Assembly: GCF_006345805.1 (NCBI RefSeq)
Contig: NC_043001.1
Span: 119,970,001-120,034,000 of the forward strand
DNA length: 64,000 bases
From: Octopus sinensis
Taxonomy: Eukaryota
Reading direction: 5' to 3'
How positions within the stretch are numbered: position 1 is the stretch's first letter; every line of letters starts with the position of its first letter. Below, piece by piece: positions 50,734-64,000 of the stretch. Position numbers and translations under genes: made by a program. The notes under the pieces were generated by a model that saw only the letters and a program-made list of their open reading frames with translations, did not search any database and was not told the origin of the DNA.

Positions 50734-53091
50734 TTTGAGAGACCCAAAGAAAACACCTGAATGGTTAGCAAGTGGCATTACTTACCTACTCCCAAAGAAT
50801 AACGAAACCAACCTTCCAAAAAACTATCGGCCTATAACCTGTCTATCCACCACGTATAAAATCCTAACATCTATCCTGGCGGAGAAAACATATGCATTCA
50901 TGGAGAAGAACGATATTTTCCCCATTGAACAAAAAGGGTGCCGCCGAGGCTCTTACGGATGCAAAGATCAACTGCTAATCAATCGTATGATCCTTGAGAA
51001 CTGTCACAACAAGCGCAGAAATCTCAGCACCGCATGGATTGACTATAAAAAGGCATTCGACAGTATACCGCATCCATGGATCTTGAGATCGCTGGACATC
51101 TTTAAAATTTCCCCTGTGATTTCAAACTTCCTGAAGCACAATATGTCGTTGTGGAATACGAATCTCCAATTATACCACTCTAATGGAGTACTTGCCTCAG
51201 AAAACATAAACATCAACTGTGGAATTTTTCAAGGTGACTCACTTTCACCTTTAATATTCTGCTTACAAGTGAATTAAACAATACCCCTTACAAGTGAATT
51301 AAACAGAACAGGGTATGGGTATAAAATTGCCAATAAAAAAATAAGCCATCTATTTTATATGGATGACTTAAAACTTTATGGTAAAGACAATAATGAACTT
51401 GAAGGCCTGTTGCGCACCGTGAAATCATTCAGCGATGACATCGGGATGGAGTTTGGACTTGAGAAGTGTGCCAAGGCCACTTTCCAGAAAGGAAAGTGAA
51501 GACCACAAATTCAGTCGTGTTAGATGTTGACACAGTCATAAGAGAGCTTGAGCAAGAACAGACATACAAATATTTAGGGATAAATGAAGGCTCTGGTATT
51601 CAGCATGCAAGCATGAAAGAGAAAATCAGGAAGGAATGTTATAGGAGAGTTCGTGCAGTCCTGAAATCTGAACTAAATGCACGTAACAAGGTGTTAGCTA
51701 TAAATTCCTTAGCAGTTCCAGTTGTTACTTATAGCTACAATGTGTTGAACTGGAATATGAGTGAAGTAAAGAATATAGATAGAAAAATACGCAAGCTGCT
51801 GAGTTGTAATAGGATGCACCACCCAAATGCAGACGTAGATCGCCTTTACCTTCCCAGAGCCCAAGGAGGTCGAGGCCTGATCCTATTTGAACTAGCTTAC
51901 AAAACAACCACAATTGGACTGGCCAAATATCTCGAAATATCGAATGACTGGATGCTAAAGCTCGTGGAAAATCACGAGAGACGAAAGAAGCTTCATTCTA
52001 TCATCAAGGAAAGCAAAAAATTTGCTATTGATCTCGTGCAGGATACCCAAACTGAACAACCCGAGGGAAGTACGGCAACCATTGTTGCAAAGAAGGTGAA
52101 AATGATGGCAATGAAAAAAGCGCACGAGCAATTGGCTGATAGGTGGGAGGAGAAACCTCTGCACGGCAAATATGTGACCCGCAGCAAACAAGCTGATGTT
52201 GACCAGAAGCAAACCCATCAGTGGCTGCGGAGCTCAGGGCTAAAAGCAGAGAGCGAAGGTTTCATCCTGGCTGCTCAAGACCAAAGCCTATTAACCCGGA
52301 ACTACCAGGCCAATGTGATGAAAAATGGAGCAGACCCAAAATGCCGATTCTGCAACGACATGATTGAAACAGTGGACCACCTAATCTCTGGATGTAAAGT
52401 CTTAGCACCAGTGGAGTATAAATTAAGACATGACAGAGTTGGCCAATATCTCCACTGGCTAATAAGTCGGCATTACAATATCAAAACTGCCGACAAGTGG
52501 TATAATCACCACCCTGAGGCTGTAACTGAAGGAGAAAATGTAACCATTCTGTGGGACTTTCCAGTACATACAGACCGAACCATCAAGGCCAATAAACCAG
52601 ATATTGTTGTGAAAGACCAAAACAATAAAGTTTGCTTATTGATCGACATGAGCATCCCCTGTGATCATAATATCTCAGCGAAAGAGTTTGACAAGCTCAG
52701 AAAATATAAAGACCTACTCATTGAAATTGAGAAAATGTGGCATCTCAAGGCGGTTACAATACCAGTGATCGTAGGAGCACTAGGAATGATCAAGAAGGGA
52801 ACCGAAAATTATATGAGAATGATCCCTGGCTTACCATCCCTGCAAGAAGTGCAAAAGATTGTCTTAACTGGTACATCACACGTATTGAGAAGAGCATTGT
52901 CGATGTGAGAACTGTTGCTGCTCATGTATTTTAATTTTAATTTAACTTAAAAAAAAAAAAAAAAAAAAATTAACGAACTACTGAGTTTGGTTTAATGGCC
53001 TACCAATATAAACTATGAGTTTCTTTGCCCTAGGAGTCGGGAAGACACTCGGCAAGAAATGGAAGAAAATTTGAAAGAAGAAAAAAAAAAG
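50734..53091 (+). mobile_element. Young 5'-truncated R4/Dong-like RLE LINE inserted in (TAA)n
   Basis: RT: NYRPITCL, WIDYKKAFDSIPH, GIFQGDSLSP, YMDD at 51356. CCHC: CRFC....ETVDHLISGC. Also RHD and RLE motifs KPDIVV, LLIDMSIP, KLRKYKDL. (AAT)n at 50634-50733 and (TAA)n at 53092-53256. Only two ORF lesions seen. Confidence 0.92.
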
Positions 53092-53114
53092 TAATAATAA
53101 TAATAATAATAATG

Positions 53115-53148
<34 letters not shown>

Positions 53149-53169
53149 TAATAATAATAATAATAATAA

Positions 53170-53256
<87 letters not shown>

Positions 53257-53261
53257 CATCA

Positions 53262-53590
53262 TAGCCATGTGTTGAGAGGGATTCTTTGGGGTTTGAATAA
53301 TTCACCTCTGGAAACATGGGTGGTTCTTTCAACATCCTTAAACAACCCTTATTCAGGGACTTTTTGAGTGGGATGGGCTACTCAACCTGAAGAAAATTCT
53401 AACTGGGCCCCACCTGCAAGGTCATGTGCTGTTTATCTTGATATGAGATCACCATGTCGCGCACATATGGTTGTGATGCATGTGCCTGGTGTACCTTTAT
53501 CAGACGGGTAGTCATGATGGGTATATTGGGCTTCGTATATTTTACCCCAGTGTCACTTTGATGGCATGCACTGCTCTCTCATTCAATAAT
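53262..53590 (+). repeat. Probable SINE-like dispersed repeat ending in AATAAT
   Basis: GC-balanced block between microsatellites, ending CTCTCTCATTCAATAATAAT. No second copy in this window. Confidence 0.3.
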
Positions 53591-53688
53591 AATAATATAT
53601 GTATGCATGTATGTGTATATATATATATATATTATATATATATATATATGTATGTATATGCGCGCGCATTCACACACACACACACACA

Positions 53689-54420
53689 TGAGGGAGTACC
53701 CAAAAGTAACCGGAAGCGTTCTCTGTGGAATAAGCAGATTGTAGTTCAGGCTTCCGCCGCAAGAAGTCACCTGATGCAGCCCTCAAGCATTAGTCTACCG
53801 ACCAGCGTCGTCCAGTGAGGACGTATTTCCACGCGGTGCGTCTTTGTTTTGCAGTACTTCTCCCCTGTACATCGACTTTTGCGATGGTTGAAACGAAGAA
53901 ATAGCGTGCTTCCGTGAAACTCTATTTTCTGCTGGGGAAAACGGCAGCCGAAACAGTTGTCATACTTCAAACAGCTTACAAAACCGCTGCCATGATCAAA
54001 ATACAAGTTTACCAGTGGTTTTCACGCTTTAGGAATGGTTATTTGTCGTTTGGGGACCAACCTCGTACAAGGCGACCGTCGACCCCCCCCCCCCGAACGA
54101 AAGAAAACATTACAAAACAATTGACGAACTTGTTATGACCGGTGTGACCTGAAGCTCCTGCCAACGAATTTTGAGCGAGAAATTGCGAATGAAAAGAGTT
54201 TCAGCAAAATTCGTGCCTGGAAGTTCAAAAGCAGTCAAGGCTGAATGCGTGTCGTGAACTGAAAGAAAGGTTGGTAGTTCGTCCGGACCTTATTTTGAAG
54301 GTCATCACTGGTGATGAAGGCTGATGCAATGGAATTTGCAGATGTGGAAGAGGTGAAGAAAAAAACGACGGAAGCATTAAAAGGCATCACTTCGCAAGAG
54401 TCCCAGCACTACTTCGAACA
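53689..54420 (+). mobile_element. Internally deleted mariner transposon
   Basis: Left TIR-like (C/T)GAGGGAGTACCCAAAAGTAACCGG. Translation: KLYFLLGKTAAET...QVYQWFSRFRNG....DQPRTRRPST, RMKRVSAKFVP, KVITGDE, then a jump to FADVEEVKKKTTEALKGI. No right TIR. Confidence 0.85.
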
Positions 54421-54849
54421 TACATGCATGTGGGTAATAAAATATCAAATGACATAAGATAATTGGTACACACACTGAACGCTCAGGTTGAACTTGTGCC
54501 TAAACTACGACTTTAACTTCAGGGGTGTGGCACTTGCTTAAATGAAAATTCTCTATGAGCAATATATCGAACAAGGTGATATAAGCATAACAGAACACAG
54601 GCATAAACGGGGAGCTAACGCGTATCAAGGCATTTCATAACACACACACACACACATTTAATTACATTGCATATTGATGAGAAATACAAATATACATAAA
54701 GGAATGTATGTATAGTAAGGAGTCAGGGTTCGTCCGGAATGGAAAAAATTGGTATGCCGGTAGTTCTTTACAACTGTTTCTAGAATGGTTGTGCGATTGG
54801 TGTAGATCTCTTCATGCTGTCTGCATCACCAAAATTTAGTGTCAAACTG

Positions 54850-55260
54850 TTTCGACCATGGAATTCACACTACTATCCATTTACATAAGTTATAGTACTT
54901 GGTTTCCTCCTCATCATTTTGCCTTTTATTAAAAAATCTTTATAAAAACTCTATTAGTCTTCTCTCTTTGCAGTTATCTAATAATCTTTCCTCAGCATTT
55001 AAACATTTTTTTGCTGCTCTTAGTACTTCAGCATTGGCTTTGTGTCCTAACCATAACATTCTCAGAAGTCTTGTCTATTTTTGGATCTCAAACGGTTGTC
55101 ATTTATTTGATAATGCTTTTATTAATGTCTCTACTCCAGCTCCATATAATGGAGTAGACAATATATAACACTTTAAATTAGTTTTCTGGTTCTGATATTA
55201 ATATTTTTATGTTGTAAGTATGTTTGACATTCTTTCAAATGATTTTCTACTTGATTATTG
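54850..55260 (-). pseudogene. Degenerate RTE-clade LINE 3' fragment
   Basis: SFERMSNIL...LKCYILSTPLYGAG...PFEI...RLLRMLW..HKANAEVL resembles the RTE thumb region. Confidence 0.6.
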
Positions 55261-56366
55261 TATCACTGAAAAGAAAAAGAGGCTTAAAAATAAAAGGCTG
55301 GCTAGTGGAATTTCTATAGTTGAAGGAGAATTGTCAGTTGCAAGATGTTTAATATTAAAAGAGATGTCGAAATGTTTGAGAGAAGAGGATACGGGTTTAT
55401 CAACTCTAGGTTTATAAGTTGTCATTTATTGATTTTTCTTTGTCGCAGGTCAGAGTTGAGACAATAAAATGATCAAGTCGTGATGATGCCTCTTTGTTAA
55501 CATCTTGGACAGCCTCGTTCAACATTCCAACGAGTCGTTCATTATTTAAAATGACAGGAGGTGCTTAGAGGGAGGTTTTGATGTCCTTTCTAGCAAATCG
55601 AGAGCTCAATTGGCGGCTTCTGCGTTGGAGCATTAGATAAATCTACTGTTAGCTCATGTTGGCTTATTCTGAAGTACGATACTTTGTTATACACTACTTC
55701 GTTCCTTGCTGTTGGGAATACTCATGATTAACTCGTATGAAAGTTCGCTTCACAACTAATTGGTTTCGGATTCTATTCCACTGCGTGGTGTCTTGGGTAA
55801 AAGTCTTCTATTATATGCTCAGGAAATTACGCGGAAACTGATCGGAAGGATCGTTTTTATTCTTGGATGGTAAACTTAATCCGGCACTCGGTTTAGTAAC
55901 TTGGGTGCTTTTAGCAGATTCCTCTCTATCGTTAGCAGTCAGACAAGTTCTCTGGGGCTGACGATAACTTGCTTCCCTTTCTCGCAAACTTTCGGGTGCC
56001 TGAAAGGGATCATAGGCCCTGTCCTTTTTTCTTTCACTAAATTATCACATCCATCTTACACAAAACAAATAAAATTAAGGGCTCTGGGAAAAATCTCATT
56101 CGGTATTTTCACCCCATAAATAATTATGAACGTATGACCTTAAGCAATACTCTCTTTTACGCTGGATAATTATCTACACTGGATAATTAACATTCTATAT
56201 ATAATTTATTTTTCTATATTACGTTAATATATCAAACACAAGCAAGAATTTTAAAAGATTCGTTTTAAATCTTACGATTTAATCAAACTGTACTTTTGAA
56301 TATAACATTTCATGGCAATTCAACTAACAGTTTGTATATCTATTGATACATCTGTAAACTCATTTA

Positions 56367-56434
<68 letters not shown>

Positions 56435-56824
56435 ATCTGTCTGCCTGTCTGTCTACTTAATTAACTATCATATCTATATTCCGTTCTCCCGGTGTACGTA
56501 TCTGTCTACTCTCAAAACACCGATTAGTGTTTAAATGAAATAAAAAAAAAAATATTAATAATGATGTTGTCCCAGCATGGTCACAACCTTTGGTCTGGAA
56601 TATGTAAAAGATAACATTGTAACACCCACAGCTATTTTCTAACTATGGTTATTTCACTTTAATTTAACTATCCGTTGATATATGTTTTAATGCATAAATT
56701 TATAGATCTTCCTGATATTGTTTCATTATGTTAAACATTTCGATTGTGCCTGCGATTTGAACACACAAATGCAGGATACAAATTCTCTCTCGCCCCTCTT
56801 TCTCTGTCTCTGTCTCTCTTTTTC

Positions 56825-56962
<138 letters not shown>

Positions 56963-57649
56963 ATATATATATATATACATATATATATCACCCTTTTCCT
57001 CTCGCGTTCTCTCTTCCTATTTTTTCCATTGGTTCCACTACTTCGGTTTCTTTCTTTCTCCTCTTCCCCACTTCTCTGTTTATGTATACCATTCTCCATT
57101 GAGTTATTACCTCCCTTGGAGTAAGATATGGACAAAACAACCATATCGCAGGAACAAGCAGAATAATATTGTAAGTAATAATAATGATATAGCAACGAAA
57201 AAAAAATTCTTGCTTAGTTTAAATCAGAGATCAAACGATCCTAATGAAAGTGCATCAGCAACAATGTTCATGACAGTGTATGTGTGGGTGTGTGTGTGTG
57301 TGTGTGTGTGCGTGTCCCAATGTGAGACAATATAATATGTAATATATAATCACGCGTTACTGCTGATCTCGCATAGGTGATGCAGTGAATTGAAAAAACT
57401 GATATTATCCATGAAATTAGTAGGCTCCGTATCACATGGGTATTGAGTAAGCAGAACGCACTGCTGAGTTATTTCAACCAGTTATTTTCTTGAACTTAAT
57501 GAAGCATCAGGAAATCTGCTGAAGTCTTTGTCAGCATATCTGCTAAAAATATCCTCCTCCAGCTCTGACACGAGTTCCCTAAGTTCAATAATGAAAGCCA
57601 TTTTTTGAGAATTTTGAATTTTCTTTTGTTATATGTATAGTGGCAAATA

Positions 57650-57719
<70 letters not shown>

Positions 57720-57728
57720 GCTTATATA

Positions 57729-57768
<40 letters not shown>

Positions 57769-57861
57769 CATATATATATTATGTATATACACACACGTAT
57801 GTATACATATATATGTATATATGTATATATATGTATATATATATGTATATATGTGTGTATT

Positions 57862-57920
<59 letters not shown>

Positions 57921-58656
57921 ATGTGTGTATGTATACACACATTATAGGTAGCATAGAAAAAACAAAACAAAAAAATGTAGGTTTATTATAACAAATTAGA
58001 GAAATAATGATTTTCTCCTCCCAGCGAAGTTCTTTTAGCCTACAGCATTAGATTTCTCTTCATTATAACACATTCACTCCAACAAATAGAGTATATATAC
58101 TTCCCAGAGTTGCAGCTTCCTGACAAACGGTTCCGTTAGTTTTCTCGAATCTGCAGAATTAGGGTGACAAAATGATGCTGGTGTGAAGACAACAAACGCG
58201 TATTTGTTTTGATATATTTGACGAGAAGAATCGGTGGTGATAACGTTGTCGGGTTATTTAATGGTGTTGCGATGATTGTTGTTCCCAGATTGAACATGTG
58301 TAGATCAACGAATCTAATAGAAACAATCTCTCTCAAGGTCTCAATTCAGCTGAATTTTTCCATAAAAGATCGAGTAGAATCGAGCTAGGCCGAAAGGACG
58401 ACTGGCGAATTTGACTTCAGTGGGATTGGAACTCGGAGCACAAAATGCTGGAGCGAATTCTATAAGACATATAACCAGCAAAAGACACTCTACCGGAAAT
58501 AGCAGGCAAACTTCGTTCCAGTCATGTCCTACCGTTCGAAACAATGAAAGACAATTAGCTAATAGTCTAATCTTCTTCACGGAAGCATCTACAGAGAGAG
58601 GCAGTGAAACGGTGGCAAGACTGGTTTTGTCTTTACCCCTTTACATAGCTGCTTTT

Positions 58657-58717
<61 letters not shown>

Positions 58718-61700
58718 AGAGAAAGAAAGAGAGAGAGAGAGAGAAAGAGAGAGAAAGAGAGAGAAAGAGAGAGAAAGAGAGAGAGAGTGGGGGGGAAGAG
58801 AAAGTATGTGAGAGAGAGAAGGAGAGAGAAAGGAAAAATTGATCCCCACTACTTGATTGGTACGCTATGGTATTTTATTATCGATCCCACATTTACAAAG
58901 CTTGTTTTGCAGTACTGAGACACCTCTTATTCCAAAAGATCATCAGCTCAAAATGAAAGGTTCAGAGCTGTATTTTTCTGCAACTAGCAGAAGGAACATC
59001 TCTCCTATCATGATTATCTTATAGTTAATTGCATTTTTGCAAGGTTATCAGAAGTGTAGGGAGATGAGAAGACTTAAAACAATCCAAGTAGCCAAATAGT
59101 AGAAGGTGTTTGAAGAGACGATATTTCTGCATAATTTTCTGTCTCTCTTTCCGAAAGACAACTGAATAAGCGCTCTCACTACTTGAAATACTACTTGAAA
59201 ACTTATTAGAAATAAAATTGATTGTCATGAGCCTACAACTGAGGGAATCATAATGGCACTGTCAAGAATGAGGCGTAACTTGAACATCTGAATCTGATAG
59301 AAACAACCCCTCTCAAGGTCTGAACACAGCTGAATTTTTCTATAAAAGATAGAGAAGAATCGACCCAGTACTGGCCTGGTTCTTTAAACATTAACACCGA
59401 AAGGATGAGAAGCAAAGCTTACGTCAATGGAATTTGAACTCAGAGTAAAAGGAGCTGGAGTGAATTCTATAAGACATTTTATCTGATGCTTTAACAAGCC
59501 ACTAACTGGCTGCCTAACAGAATTTTAGAGCATTAACTTCATTTCTAAAGATGAAGCTAATAGCATAAATAACCACACTTATTTAGACACTTAAGTAGAA
59601 TTGTCAGCGTTCTAAGGAAAAAAGAAACATTAAGAAATCAGGAAAACATTAAAAGCAATTCGATTTCTTTGACAATAAATATAACATACTCATACGCATA
59701 CATATACACATATATGCGTACATAAATACTTACACACCGCATACATGTGCTCGTGCATTCTCCCTATCTCTGCATACCATTCTTGTAAAAAGCCTTAAAT
59801 CTACAAAACTTAGCCACGAACAATAAAACCAGAACCAACATCCAAACTTATCAAGGATACGAAAACAGTAACATCAATTCCAGGATATTTAATCAACGTA
59901 GCAGTCCCTCCGGAAAAATCCCTATATTCTCTCCCTCAAAAGAGAATATCTCCCACAACCGACGATCCCAACATGCATAAAGAAGCAGGAATTATAAGCT
60001 GAAAAATAACATCAGACAGAACCAGCGACAATCTAAACTTAAGAATGAACTTAATTACCTCAGGAAACTTGATAAAAACTGAGACCTCTCTAAAGTATAC
60101 AGAATGGCAGACTTAATGATCAGTCGGTTGTCGTGTGTTTCCAGCTGGATTGGAATGTTATTTCCTGCAGAAGGTTAGCCTGGAACTCAAACAAATGAAG
60201 CAACCCACCAAGGCGATAAGCATTGGAAATGAAACCAGTTCAACGTGGCTGTGTTTGACAAGAGACCACAGCTGGGATCCTTTCACGGGCGAAAACTAAT
60301 TCTGCCTTTGTTTCCCAAATCAAGCAAAATGTTGTCCTGATGATGATAACGAAGGACCTCCGACATTGCTTTGGCTTTAATTATCCAAGTACATCTAAGT
60401 AGTTCCTGTAGTTTCTGCATAAAGTAAAGCATCTTCGATGTTTATTTCGCCTAATTAAAGAAGCAGACAACGGTAATGGTATAGTCATTATGGATAATGA
60501 ATACTATAAAAATGCCTCATTATCCTTACTATAGGACAATATAATTGGTGTTATTTTCATCAATAAAAGCACCAAATTGTATAATATGTATTATCCTGGC
60601 AATAAAGGAGACGCTGTAGATTTTACTGATGTTATCAATGACTTAGGATGCAACTAATCTGTTGAGAAGAAACAGGATACGAGGCAGAGATAAGAAAAGC
60701 AAGAAGTAAAGTGAAAAGCATAAAACAAACGTATGGCGGTTAAGGAAACAGAAAAGAACTCGGTGAAAGATGGTTGTGTTTGTAAGAATATCCTGAATTT
60801 GACTATTGTTTATGTTAATTTACAAGAAACGTTGGTCGTTTATCTTAGTAATTTTAATACTTTTCTTAGTTTTCCTTTCCAGTAGAGTAATACCAACAGA
60901 CAGAAAAATAAACGTTTAAATTGTGAATTCAGATAGAATGATTAATGTAAAAAAATCTGAAAGTATGTGATGATTATCCATTTCTGTGTACATTTTTTCA
61001 GGTAATTGAGTTAAGATTAAAAGAAAGGATGAAGAAATGACAGATAAAATCCTAAAGAAGCTCAAGAACCTAGCTGTGCCGTTCAACTAGAAATCCAGGT
61101 GGAGATATGGCAACTGGTAGTCAATTTTAAGAATTAAATACTAGGGGTTAGTTTAATGGTGTTGAATAAGAGGATAAACTTTTAACAGAATTCAGGATAT
61201 TATATGCATTCTACTCATTGCAGGGAATTGTGAGATCACATCTCAATTTATCGCAGAAAATGATTCCATCTGGTCTTCCAAGTAAGAACAGCAATTGCAA
61301 GTGTTTCTGTATCAAGATCAAATTAATTAAGTTTAAACAGCAGAAAAGAAAAAAGAGGGACACCCTCCCCCAAGTCATAAATATTTTTGAGTTTATGGCT
61401 AAAAGGAGAAAGCTGTTGTTACGACTTATTAAAGTACGTTGACTTCTTTATTCACCTCTATATTATTTCATTGAATATATGATTGTAAATTTAAGTTTTC
61501 CTCATCCCGATAAAAGTCAGTAATTCTCTAAAGCTACTTTAGAAATAGTGCCATCATTCAAAACTACCCTTCAACTGGACACACGCGCGCGCCCACACAC
61601 ATTCACACACACTCATTCACACACACACATACACGCACACACACTAATCTTCATATTAAAACGGATCGCAGTCAGAATTTCCAGCAATGAGTTTTAGATT

Positions 61701-62384
61701 GTATGATCAAATGAACAACCAAACTCATCGAATTAGTGTGTAAGTGGTCAAGTATTCGAGAATCTGGAATTTCGTGATTCCGAAGCCAGCTCCTTAACCA
61801 TTCAGCCAGCCAGACTACGCCTACATTTTCATATTATCCAATATTTAAATAAATACACAGTAGAAAACTCAATTTATCTGATGGATGTGCAAGATAAAAG
61901 TCAATAAAAGTAAAACGAATAATAATTGTAAATAAATTCCAGTATTTCAATATTTTCATATCTTTCGAAGATTTTTTTGTCACAAGAAATTTTCATTTAC
62001 TTACTTCTATCAGCTTTATATATGAAAATAATGAACTGAATTTAATGGAATTTAACAATATTTACTTCAGACTAATTTAACATATTTCTTTTTGCGTATA
62101 CATATTCATACATACATACACACACGTACACCCACACACAAACACATACACATATGCGTATGCATATGTATGTATGTATGTATGGATGGATGGATGGATT
62201 TATGTATGTATATACACATGGCCTTGTAGTTAAGGTGTTGGGCTCACGATTATGGGGTAGTAGTTTGACTACCACACTGGTCGGCCCGTTGTATCTTTGA
62301 AGAAAGCACTATTTTCAATTCACTCAGCAGTAAATGAGTACATGTGATCGACAGGTGACTCTTACTCTCAATTGTATCAACGCA

Positions 62385-62566
62385 CGGAAACAGGATAAGC
62401 TCCAGTGACATCTGCCTTTTCTCCAGATGTCACTCCAAAACCTTTGACTTTTATTGTTATCTGGTATCAGCTTTTCATCTGTACACTCTCCATTTATTTC
62501 TTTATTGAATCTCTTCTCATCTACTCTGAATAACCTATTCTGGTGGCAACCCTCCATTCTTTGGTC

Positions 62567-62567
<1 letters not shown>
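62385..62567 (-). mobile_element. Short internal R4/Dong-like fragment abutting (TAA)n
   Basis: HQNRLFRVDEKRFNKEING...IPDNNKSQRFWSDIW matches the pre-RT region seen at ~48650. Confidence 0.7.
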
Positions 62568-62635
<68 letters not shown>

Positions 62636-62649
62636 TATTATTATTATTA

Positions 62650-64000
62650 TTTTTATTTTGTGTATTATGAAAGACTCTCGGATAGTTCTGAATTACCGGT
62701 TATTCTTTACTTGAAAGCAGGTAATACCAAATCACGAAAGGCTTCGAGTAGTGCCTTCTCTTATGACTCAAAGAGACAATACTCTCCTTAGAATGCGAGC
62801 TGTACCCAACAATACTGTCTCCTGGATCACCTCGAGCCTGACAGCAGCTCCAGTATCCTTAATATGTTTTTCAAAGTCCTTGGAAACTGCTCCTAATGCT
62901 CCAATTACCACCGGTATCACCATTACTTTCCTCATGCCTCATAACTTTGTTATCTCGTCCCGCAGTGTCTGGTATTTCTCTATCTTTTCTGTTTCCTTAC
63001 CTTTCACCCTCGAATCGCCTGCTATTGCAACATCTATTATCTTTACTTCTTTTTCATCTTTATGAATAAGCACAATATCTGGTCGTCTCACCTCTATACT
63101 TAGTCGCACTGTTAAAATCCCAGAGTATTTTGTAATGTTCCTTTTCCATTACACCCTCTGGCTTATGTTCCTACCATTGTTCGGCTCTTTTACAGTTTGC
63201 TTTACTGCAAAACAGCCAGTGAACATATCTGGCCACATTGTCGTGTTTACTTTTGTATTCACGTTGTGCGAGCTTACAGTACTCACTAACAATATGGCTT
63301 ATACTTTCTCCCTTCTCAGAGCATATCCTGCACAGTGGCAAGTCAGTGTTTTTATCAATGTGATATTTAGAATAGTTTGTTCAGAGAGCTTGTTTTTGAG
63401 CGCTGCAGTGGGTCCTTTTAAGTCTCCTTTCTGCAGCCATTGCCAGGTTCTATTCCAATCAATCTCATCTTTATTTTCCAAGAACTGACTGTGCATTTTC
63501 TTGTCCTGACAAATTTTCTTCATCTGCTCTCTCTCTGGTCTTTTTAAAATTGTGTTGGATCTACGGCTTCGTTCACTTTTAAGATTCCCTGCATTTTCAC
63601 TGTTTCGATCATTTCTTCATTACTCCTCTTCACATACCAAGCCAGACTATTCTCTTCTTCCCCTACACAACCTTTACAACATACTAGTCCCCTTCCTCCT
63701 TTCCTCTTTACATACAATCTTGAGACATTACTCATGGGATGCAGTTCCTTACTCATTGTCATTTGTTCTCCAATCTATCTCTTGTAATTCATGCTTCTTC
63801 TAAGATACTATTCCTGCTCCATATCCCATCAAAGAAACAGCCCCACCTGTTAATTCCTCTAATCTTATAGCGGCCATTTAGCTTCGATTGGAGCACAAAC
63901 CGGGTTCTCCTCAAACACTCTTTCCTATATATTTCTTTCATCTTGTGCTCATTCATCTTACCTCTTTCAATGATACCCAGGTACTTATAACTTTCCTCTC
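62650..64000 (-). mobile_element. R4/Dong-like RLE LINE 3' half, decayed, with (TAA)n beyond its 3' end (62568-62650)
   Basis: SRLYVKRKGGRGL, LCRICSEKGESISHIVS, KILWDF, RPDIVL, IIDVAIAGD, KIEKYQTL, VLLGTARILRRVLSL* (stop at 62768). Runs off the window edge. Confidence 0.88.

Overview
This is AT-rich, repeat-dense eukaryotic genomic DNA. The tRNA-derived SINE families look like those of octopus, but that species call is my inference from recognition, not a search. I can support no intact host protein-coding gene; most listed ORFs are microsatellite or antisense artefacts. The main feature is a ~9.7 kb head-to-tail array (29061-38718) of six L1/Tx1-clade LINE copies from two subfamilies. All lie on the minus strand, all end at the same register in (GATA)n/(TATC)n without a poly(A) tail, and one carries a near-complete APE-RT-CCHC ORF2. 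This points to a GATA-microsatellite-specific retrotransposon. A SINE fragment at 17003-17107, embedded in (TA)n, shares this LINE's 3' terminal ~40 nt, suggesting a SINE partner. Other contents: a structurally complete minimal hammerhead ribozyme (22838-22886, minus strand) plus three decayed ones; a HERO-like RLE retrotransposon bracketed by a 49-bp direct repeat next to that ribozyme; several R4/Dong-like RLE elements in (TAA)n; a 3'-truncated U1 snRNA retrocopy; a Penelope-like element; decayed Tc1, mariner and piggyBac transposons; three fold-back MITEs (one with a TTAGGG core, one with perfect 65-bp arms); RTE and CR1/L2 fragments; and many SINEs and microsatellites. Coordinates were read by eye and boundaries of degenerate elements are approximate.
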